From: Candidatus Paracaedimonas acanthamoebae
GTDB taxonomy: Bacteria; Pseudomonadota; Alphaproteobacteria; Caedimonadales; Caedimonadaceae
Direction: 5' to 3'
NCBI GenBank assembly: GCA_000743035.1
Contig: CP008936.1
Location: 690,001-722,000, forward strand
DNA length: 32,000 nucleotides
Both the position numbers and the translations under genes were made by a program. Below the pieces are notes generated by a model that saw only the letters and a list, made by a program, of their open reading frames with translations, was not told where the DNA came from and ran no database searches. Of the stretch, positions 22,696 through 28,596 are shown piece after piece (the stretch's first letter is position 1; the number at the start of each line of letters is the position of its first letter).

Positions 22696-22911
22696 AATTG
22701 TTCTCCATTTCTTAAAAATACGTCTATTATATTATATTCCTTAACTTTTAAATTTTATTCATTTCCAAACATTAAATCAAGCAAGGAGCTATAGTTTAAA
22801 GCTTTAATATCTTTTAAATTTTAAACTGGTGTGATGTTTTTTATTTGAGAATTAGGGCTTCTGAAATATAGAGTGTCAATTAAATAGACTTTTTCAAGCA
22901 CAGTCTTAACC

Positions 22912-22940
22912 TTGACTTTAAACAAATTTTATCCTACATT
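22912..22940 (+). promoter_or_regulatory. Candidate sigma-70-type promoter for the RRM protein gene
   Basis: TTGACT (22912-22917), a 17-nt spacer, then TACATT (22935-22940). It would give a ~130-nt leader. Confidence 0.35.
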
Positions 22941-23076
22941 ACAAAAGTCTATAATGGTTTAGACTATATAACTAAATCAGAGTCCAGGTCCAGTCGTATA
23001 GCCTTCTTGGCAGTCCAAAAGCCTTGCAGGGAGCGTTTGTAGGAAATGGTTTTTGGAATCTGACTGGAGAAAAAGT

Positions 23077-23442
23077 ATGAATAATGAATTGTTTGTTGGT
23101 AACTTGTCTTTTACAACATCTGAGCAAGACTTAGCGGCTTATTTCGAAGCAATAGGTCCGGTTGAATCTACAAAAGTGATTAAAGATCATCGCACAGGTC
23201 GGTCTCGTGGCTTTGGCTTCGTAAAAATGGTTAATGAAGCTGATGCAAAAAAGGCAATTGCTGACTATGATGGCAAAGATTTCTCAGGTCGTACCTTAAA
23301 AGTAAATATTGCAGGTGCTGGAGGTGAGGGAGGTGAACGCCGTAATAGTGGTGGTCCTCGTTTCAATAATAGAGGTCCTCGTGAAGGTGGCGGTCGTTCC
23401 TTCTCAAGAGGGGGAGACTTTGGAAGCCGCGGTTCTTACTAG
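23077..23442 (+). CDS. RRM-domain RNA-binding protein with a Gly/Arg-rich (RGG-like) C-terminal tail
   Basis: RNP-2 is LFVGNL and RNP-1 is RGFGFVKM. The tail is GAGGEGGERRNSGGPRFNNRGPREGGGRSFSRGGDFGSRG. The track starts at TTG 23053. The ATG at 23077 sits 6 nt after the GGAGA Shine-Dalgarno (23066-23070). Confidence 0.88.
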   Translation: MNNELFVGNLSFTTSEQDLAAYFEAIGPVESTKVIKDHRTGRSRGFGFVKMVNEADAKKAIADYDGKDFSGRTLKVNIAGAGGEGGERRNSGGPRFNNRGPREGGGRSFSRGGDFGSRGSY

Positions 23443-23460
23443 TTAGAGCTTCAATTTTAG

Positions 23461-23527
23461 AAAGCCAGTTGTGAATTCCTTACCTTTTAAAAAGATAAGG
23501 TTTATATCAACTGGCTTTTATTTTGAG
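23461..23527 (+). terminator. Rho-independent terminator of the RRM gene
   Basis: aaagccagttg (23461-23471) pairs perfectly with caactggcttt (23508-23518), and ttttatttt follows. The 36-nt interior can form a second imperfect hairpin (ccttacc/gataagg). Confidence 0.6.
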
Positions 23528-23998
23528 AACTAAGTTCGTAATATTTAGTCCTTAATTATAAAATGGATCTTTGGAAATATCATCTTCTTTTTTAATTACC
23601 ATAGAAGCACTTAGGCAAGTACCAATAAAATTTGGGACATGCTGCATTTATACGCGGCTAACTTCCTTTTTAAGTGACAAATTAGTGGAGTACCTTAGCC
23701 GATATGTACGTTACGTGAGATTCCCAATAAGATTAGTTCTTCTTTAGAGATTAAAGTTTTCGTAAGAACTTTAAAGTTAGCGCAAGAAAATAAAAAATTG
23801 CATTTAACTTACTTTTGTGTATTTTATTTTCCATAATGTTCATTATGCGATTTAAAAATGTTAGCGCTAGATAATAATGTCGTGTTTTAACAAAGTTAAA
23901 ATATCGCCATTTATTTCGAATTGCGTTTATGGTAAGTGAAACATGCACAAAAATCGTAATTAAAAAAGAAAAGATGAGATTGAGAAGTAAGTAGGCGA

Positions 23999-24520
23999 CT
24001 ATAACCTTATAAAGCCGCGCACTGTTGAGTCTTTCTGTCGTTTAAAGATGCCTGCGCAATTATGATAGTTGCCTTCAGACGTGATAATATAGTTTTGATG
24101 AATTTCAAGCAATATACCTATATGATCCAATTCTTTATCTTTTATAAGCTTATCAAATAAGACTAAATCTCCAGCCTCTGAAGGGCATGAACTTTCTATA
24201 AATATATCTTCTTGAATAGCCCAATTGTACCAAGTTCTCACTGCAGCTAAGTGCCATATAGAACTTTTTACAGGCATAAAATCTAATTCATAACCAGCCT
24301 GTTTCATAAGATAATAAACATAAGCACAGCACCAATCATAACCTATTTCATAATTTTTATATTTGGGATCTCTTGCTGAGAGAGCTTCTTTAAATACTGA
24401 TAAATATTTTTCAATTGTAGGACCTGCTTTAGAGGTATTTCCCTTTAATGCGAGCATTCCCTCCTGTCGTGCTAAACTTACAAGCATTTGTTTCCTACTT
24501 AATACTTTAGGTTTTATCAT
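23999..24520 (-). CDS. CHAP / NlpC-P60-like papain-fold amidase-peptidase with no signal peptide
   Basis: 173 aa. Candidate catalytic Cys in YDWCCAYVYY, then GDLVLFD, DHIGILL (His) and TSEGN. The order and spacing are typical of CHAP-type cell-wall hydrolases. Confidence 0.72.
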   Translation of the reverse strand: MIKPKVLSRKQMLVSLARQEGMLALKGNTSKAGPTIEKYLSVFKEALSARDPKYKNYEIGYDWCCAYVYYLMKQAGYELDFMPVKSSIWHLAAVRTWYNWAIQEDIFIESSCPSEAGDLVLFDKLIKDKELDHIGILLEIHQNYIITSEGNYHNCAGIFKRQKDSTVRGFIRL

Positions 24521-24531
24521 CTTAATAAAGA

Positions 24532-24783
24532 TTAATTGTGAGTTCCATTTAGGTAACGATAAACACTTGCCTTGGAGAGATCAAGTCTCGTTACAATAAG
24601 GGTATCCCCTTCCCTTACATATTCTAAACATTGCTTAAGGATGGGACGGTCATAATTGGTTGCACTTTTCTTCTCTTGAAAAACCTTGGAACAATTTCTC
24701 AACTTATCAAGTTGGACGTTTAAACTCTGTCCTAAAGAACTTACACGAGCATACCATATTAAAATGGTCATTTTTTGTCTCAT
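24532..24783 (-). pseudogene. Serine recombinase (resolvase/invertase) remnant with an in-frame internal deletion
   Basis: The N-terminus LIWYARVSSLGQSLNVQLDKL...DRPILKQCLEYVREGDTLIVTRLD is the resolvase catalytic-domain start (YARVS-type serine). It is fused directly at ~24580 to LSKASVYRYLNGTHN, which is the end of the C-terminal HTH. About 100 aa are missing (E-helix and most of the HTH). Confidence 0.8.
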
Positions 24784-24991
24784 AATATTTAAAAGGTATA
24801 TTTAAGAGGTTGTGAGAATATAGTTATGAGACATGTCAATGCAACACTTTGCTGAATATCTCATATTGTATACTTTTTGGTACATTTGAGGGACACAGCT
24901 ATATCAGTTTATTAAGCAATAGTATTTCACCTTCATTAATTCCAGCATAAACCCTAAAGTATATGAATTGTTAGATTATGGAGGTATGTGC

Positions 24992-25501
24992 ATGACAGAA
25001 CAAACTGATGATGATTTATCCATTGCTTCATTCAAAGATCAAGATACTAGAACTCTTGGCTTGGAGCAGTATAAACTGGTAGTTGAGTCAATCAATAAGA
25101 GTAATGATATTCGAGAACTCTCTAACAGCTATTGGATAACTGTTAATTCCTTAGGAGTATCAGCTGCTGCTTATATAAAAGACGCGAGCTCTCTTTCTCA
25201 TAACCATAAACCTTTAGTTTTATGGTTCATTATAGCCTTAGGTATAGTTCTATGCTTAAGTTGGCTTAACTTTCTTATGACAATTAAAAATAGTATTGAA
25301 CTGCGAAATAATCTTCTACTTGAAATGGAGAAGTACTTTCCTTTCAAAGCTTTTACAAAAAGCATTGCTGTATCAGGACGCCAGCAAGGTAAAGGATCTC
25401 TTACAATAAAAGAGATGATTCTACCTTGCTTATTCTTAATAAGCTATTTTGCTTTAGGATATTTTCTACTGTTTTACCAAGGTGAAGTTATTCGAAGTTA
25501 A
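24992..25501 (+). CDS. Small integral membrane protein (about 3 TM) with a soluble N-terminal helix, possibly RipA-like
   Basis: GGAGG at 24980-24984 sits 7 nt before ATG 24992 (the track starts at TTG 24968). The N-terminal motif is LEQYKLVVESINKSNDIRELSNSYWITVN. Hydrophobic segments are SLGVSAAAYI, LVLWFIIALGIVLCLSWLNFLMTI and MILPCLFLISYFALGYFLLFY. The family assignment is from memory only. Confidence 0.65.
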   Translation: MTEQTDDDLSIASFKDQDTRTLGLEQYKLVVESINKSNDIRELSNSYWITVNSLGVSAAAYIKDASSLSHNHKPLVLWFIIALGIVLCLSWLNFLMTIKNSIELRNNLLLEMEKYFPFKAFTKSIAVSGRQQGKGSLTIKEMILPCLFLISYFALGYFLLFYQGEVIRS

Positions 25502-25523
25502 CCCCTTAACGTGAGGAAATAAC

Positions 25524-25988
25524 ATGGACTATAATAAGAATGTTGGTAAGATAGAAAATCACGCTCTCTTAATTGCTAATAGCTCGGTTGCTAGAGTTTA
25601 TGAATTAAAAGGTCTTAAGCTTGGTAAGCTCATTTTTAACTTAAGTGCTTCTGAGACTATTATTGAGCATCAAAATGAAGGGCGAAGAGATAATTTTTCA
25701 CAGAGAATGAGCACTCCGGGTAGTTTTCTGGACCCTCATCAAGAAGCAAGAGAGATAAATAGAGCTAATTTTTCAAAAGTAATTTCAGATAAATTACTTA
25801 CGTTATATCAACATCATCCTTTTAACGCTCTTACTATAATCGCAGAACCAAAGGTATTAGGTGACTTAAGATCATACCTTAATAAAGATATTATTTCACT
25901 TGTACATGCTGAAATTGTAGAAAATCTTTCTCATTATGACGCGCAAGCTATCGAGAAGCATTTAACGTCTTTTCAAAGACGTCAGTAG
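25524..25988 (+). CDS. Host_attach (PF10116-like) / bacterial eRF1-like (baeRF1) domain protein
   Basis: 154 aa. HALLIANSSVARVYELKG...NEGRRDNFSQRMSTPGSFLDPHQEAREINRANFSKVISDKLL...FNALTIIAEPKVLGDLRSYL...AEIVENLSHYDAQAIEKHL follows the Host_attach consensus layout. Shine-Dalgarno GAGGA lies upstream, and the gene begins 22 nt after the preceding gene. Confidence 0.75.
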   Translation: MDYNKNVGKIENHALLIANSSVARVYELKGLKLGKLIFNLSASETIIEHQNEGRRDNFSQRMSTPGSFLDPHQEAREINRANFSKVISDKLLTLYQHHPFNALTIIAEPKVLGDLRSYLNKDIISLVHAEIVENLSHYDAQAIEKHLTSFQRRQ

Positions 25989-26012
25989 AAAATACTAGAA
26001 TTGGATATGATG

Positions 26013-26041
26013 AAAATAGGTTTAGATTTAACCTATTTTTA
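26013..26041 (+). terminator. Rho-independent terminator after the Host_attach-like gene
   Basis: aaaataggtt (26013-26022), a 7-nt loop, then aacctatttt (26030-26039) running into T residues. The stem is AT-rich. Confidence 0.5.
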
Positions 26042-26299
26042 AAAACATAGATTACGAAGAGGTTCTAATCTTGTAGTTTAGGTCAAGAATTAATACTTAG
26101 GAACTCTTGACTCTAAACATAATATACACTCACCCGGATTCTAAAATTCCTATGATCTGGTTTTCAAGGGGTTGAAAACGAGTATAAGAAAAAGTATGTA
26201 GCATAAGCACATAAAAGTGTTTAGATTAATTAAATTATTATACTTTTTTATAAAGTATTTACCATAATTAGATATTTAACTTAAAAATGGTACTATTAA

Positions 26300-26532
26300 G
26301 TTAACTAAAGAAAGTTAGAATTGTGAGTTAGAGAGTTTAAATGCCCATTTCTATGACGTCTTATCAAATGGCCAGAGAGCAATGGCCTCTTATACCAAGG
26401 CTCAAAGCCTTTACAAAAGTTATCGACAAAATAAAACAATCTATCATAATCTATCAACATTGAGGTAGCTCCCTATCGTTTTACAAATAGAGAATATCTC
26501 ATACCCTTTTTAGCTTAAACACCCCTCTTAAA
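26300..26532 (-). mobile_element. Truncated, degraded IS982-family copy (left end plus 5' transposase fragment), inverted relative to the full copy at 28597
   Basis: The reverse complement of 26461-26532 is aagaggggtgtttaagcta..tatgagatattctctatttgtaaaacgatagggagctacctca. It aligns with 28621-28690 of the full IS. Similarity continues, with indels, to ~26300 against IS position ~28830. The reading frame is broken (atg aga tat tct cta ttt gta aaa cga TAG). The outermost ~24 nt of the 27-bp terminal IR are not recognisable. Confidence 0.75.
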
Positions 26533-26785
26533 ATAATAATAAAATAACCAATAACGCTTGCTACAATAATTAAGCTTTTCTAAGCTCTACTTAGTATGTT
26601 TTCCTTTATTTACATTCGAGTTAAATGAACAAAATCAAGTATTGCAAATCAATACAATTTAAAACCTTCTCTTAAAATTTGTTATGCAATAAATAAAGTA
26701 GAATAGTTGTCTCTCTTTAACCTTAAAAATATTTCTTATTGATGGTTACTTAATAAGGTAGTTAACTAATCGAAAGGTATTACAA

Positions 26786-27061
26786 TTGTTTCATCAAAAT
26801 AAGATATTCCCCCTAGATCCTAAAAAATTTGAGATTAAAGAACTCACCTCTCAAGAACCCATCATCCCTCTTCAACCTGAAAGCCGTCAATCCATCGATG
26901 AAAAAAGAAATCTCAATAATCCTAAACCAATTGATGGCCAAGAGCCTCAAGATCGAAGAAAGAAAACGTCAATTTTAGAAGACATACCAAACCCTAATCC
27001 CAATAAAAACCCTAGGGATAATTGGGATGAAAACCATCCTATTCATCCTCTTATAGATTAA
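26786..27061 (+). CDS. Small Pro/Asn-rich hydrophilic hypothetical protein (TTG start)
   Basis: 91-aa ORF with AAAGG 8 nt upstream of the TTG. It is low complexity (PNPNPNKNP) with no hydrophobic segment. It would be the first ORF of a putative three-gene unit with the DUF378 gene. Confidence 0.4.
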   Translation: MFHQNKIFPLDPKKFEIKELTSQEPIIPLQPESRQSIDEKRNLNNPKPIDGQEPQDRRKKTSILEDIPNPNPNKNPRDNWDENHPIHPLID

Positions 27062-27095
27062 ATGATTTCAATAAATTTTATGTATGGAGGTTAAA

Positions 27096-27332
27096 ATGAT
27101 TACTGAAAATTATAGACGTTCTATTAATACGAAATCAGGAGAATATTATTTAAAGTTAGTTGCTAACATATTAACTCTTATTGGTGCCTTAAATTGGGGC
27201 TTAATTGGGATCAATAACTTTAATCTTGTAGCCTACCTTTTTAATCCCACTTTAAGCCGTATTATATATACGATCGTTGGTATATCTGGAATTTATCTTT
27301 TAATTAAATTATTTATAATAAGGAAACTATAA
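27096..27332 (+). CDS. DUF378-family small membrane protein
   Basis: LTLIGALNWGLIGINNFNLVAYLF...LSRIIYTIVGISGIYLL matches the DUF378 signature (GALNWGLVG...LV...YxxVG). GGAGG sits 5 nt upstream of ATG 27096 (the track starts at 27084). Confidence 0.8.
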   Translation: MITENYRRSINTKSGEYYLKLVANILTLIGALNWGLIGINNFNLVAYLFNPTLSRIIYTIVGISGIYLLIKLFIIRKL

Positions 27333-27592
27333 TGATAAAAAAATTACTTATAATCTCATCAATTGTTACGCTCGGCTGTGTACCAATATTGAAAGCAGGG
27401 GTAATTAATGTCCGAAATGAAAATAATAAAGAACTACTAATAAAAATTGAAGCTGTTGGAGATAGCTCAGCTGGTTTAAAACAAACAATTCCAGCTGAAT
27501 ATATTTCTTCTTTCACCATCAATTCAGATCAACTGAACGGTAAGACCAACTTTATAATAAAGATTATACAGTTACTTTCACAACAGATATAG
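27332..27592 (+). CDS. Small secreted or lipoprotein-like hypothetical protein, probably frameshifted near its 3' end
   Basis: Its start overlaps the DUF378 stop (TAATG). It has a signal-like N-terminus (MIKKLLIISSIVTLGCVP). The other forward frame stays open from 27544 to a TAA at 27646-27648, just before a strong hairpin (see findings). Confidence 0.5.
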   Translation: MIKKLLIISSIVTLGCVPILKAGVINVRNENNKELLIKIEAVGDSSAGLKQTIPAEYISSFTINSDQLNGKTNFIIKIIQLLSQQI

Positions 27593-27657
27593 TAGGAATA
27601 ACATGTATCGCTGAAGAAAGTTCTTTAATTAGAAATGTAATTAAGTAAAGCAAGTTT

Positions 27658-27695
27658 GTGCTGCAATTTTACGCCTCACTGTAAAATTGCAGCAC
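27658..27695. terminator. Perfect 14-bp-stem hairpin, a candidate terminator
   Basis: gtgctgcaatttta (27658-27671), a 10-nt loop, then taaaattgcagcac (27682-27695). There is no clean T-run on either side. Confidence 0.45.
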
Positions 27696-28218
27696 AATTA
27701 CTCTTATCAATTAATGAAATTTGATCAATTGCCAATGAAGTTAAAAGCTTTATAATTTTTATCACTTTATTTTAAAAAAGCCAAATGGCATTATTTAGAG
27801 AATCCTTTTAATTTCTTTATAGAAATATTTTAAGCTATAAGAAGATTTATTTAGTATAGTTTGTGGTTTTTCAGCGTCATATCTATCATATTTTGGATAA
27901 AGTCTGTGTAAACTTTTAGTAGTTGCATAATGTTTTTTTTCGCTATTTCCTATCATTTTTGAACCTTTCTTATTGAATATGGCACCTAACTATTCAACTA
28001 TAAGTAAATAGACAAAATTTTATGATGGGAATAATTAATATTTTTTAACAAAATAGTTGAATATAACTATTTGACCATTGAATTTTAATAAAAAAATTAA
28101 TAATGTTATTATATGTTTAATTTTATATTAAATTATCAACTTTTATTGATGTATATATCATCATACTTTTAAATTGTTCAGACTAAATTTGTTCAACTAC
28201 AATTTAAAGGAATTAATC

Positions 28219-28530
28219 ATGACTACACGTAAAGACGCTACACAAAATTCTCACAATAAAGAACATGGCAAGCAAGGATTTGCTTCTATGTCTAAAGAGA
28301 AAGTAAAAGAAATTGCTAGCAAAGGCGGTCAGTCACATGGAAAAAAACAGGACGAAAATAGCTCAAATAGGAGCAGCTCGTCATCTTCACACACAAACCA
28401 ATCACGTAATGAGCATCATGGCAAGCAAGGATTTGCTTCTATGTCTAAAGAGAAAGTAAAAGAAATTGCTAGCAAAGGTGGTCAATCACATGGAAAAAAC
28501 CATGACTCAAATAATAATCGTGATAGATAA
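28219..28530 (+). CDS. KGG-repeat general-stress protein (YciG/GsiB-like)
   Basis: Two copies of HGKQGFASMSKEKVKEIASKGGQSHGK (the KGG stress-induced acidophilic repeat) in a hydrophilic protein. AAGGA Shine-Dalgarno precedes ATG 28219 (the track starts at TTG 28174). Confidence 0.85.
   Translation: MTTRKDATQNSHNKEHGKQGFASMSKEKVKEIASKGGQSHGKKQDENSSNRSSSSSSHTNQSRNEHHGKQGFASMSKEKVKEIASKGGQSHGKNHDSNNNRDR
28264..28499 (+). repeat. Intragenic direct repeat, two 83-bp copies (28264-28346 and 28407-28489... see evidence)
   Basis: catggcaagcaaggatttgcttctatgtctaaagagaaagtaaaagaaattgctagcaaagg[c/t]ggtca[g/a]tcacatggaaaaaa occurs twice, starting at 28264 and at 28407, and the second copy ends near 28499. 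The two copies differ at only two positions, both synonymous third-codon positions. Confidence 0.9.
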
Positions 28531-28549
28531 TTTATCATATTAATTTTAA

Positions 28550-28582
28550 AAAGCGTACCAATAATAAGGTACGCTTTTTTTA
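28550..28582 (+). terminator. Rho-independent terminator of the KGG-repeat gene
   Basis: agcgtacc (28552-28559), loop aataataa, ggtacgct (28568-28575), followed by a run of seven T residues. Confidence 0.75.
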
Positions 28583-28596
28583 TTGTGTTGTAAGAA

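Noticed and set aside
23699-23745. Minus-strand translation ..EELILLGISRNVHIG*, which resembles the LGISRxTxYR helix-turn-helix of transposase or recombinase genes
   Set aside because: It covers only ~10 residues, is interrupted by stops on both sides, and could be chance.
23751-23948. 65-aa minus-strand ORF just downstream of the CHAP gene, considered as a possible small immunity or membrane protein
   Set aside because: The sequence is extremely AT-rich and I could see no convincing Shine-Dalgarno. Its composition is what random AT-rich DNA yields (K/N/I/F/L). It remains worth a check only if homologous CHAP loci show a conserved small ORF here.
26076-26117. Imperfect inverted repeat gtttaggtcaaga...tcttgac(tc)taaac with a 16-nt spacer downstream of the Host_attach terminator
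   Set aside because: It is an isolated, bulged, AT-rich hairpin with no second copy in the window and no associated gene, so no function can be assigned.
27795-27956. Unlisted 53-aa minus-strand ORF (MIGNSEKKHYATTKSLHRLYPKYDRYDAEKPQTILNKSSYSLKYFYKEIKRIL) with an AAAGG upstream, converging on the 27658-27695 hairpin
   Set aside because: It is short, lies in very AT-rich DNA and has no recognisable family, so there is not enough evidence to call it a gene without conservation or expression data.
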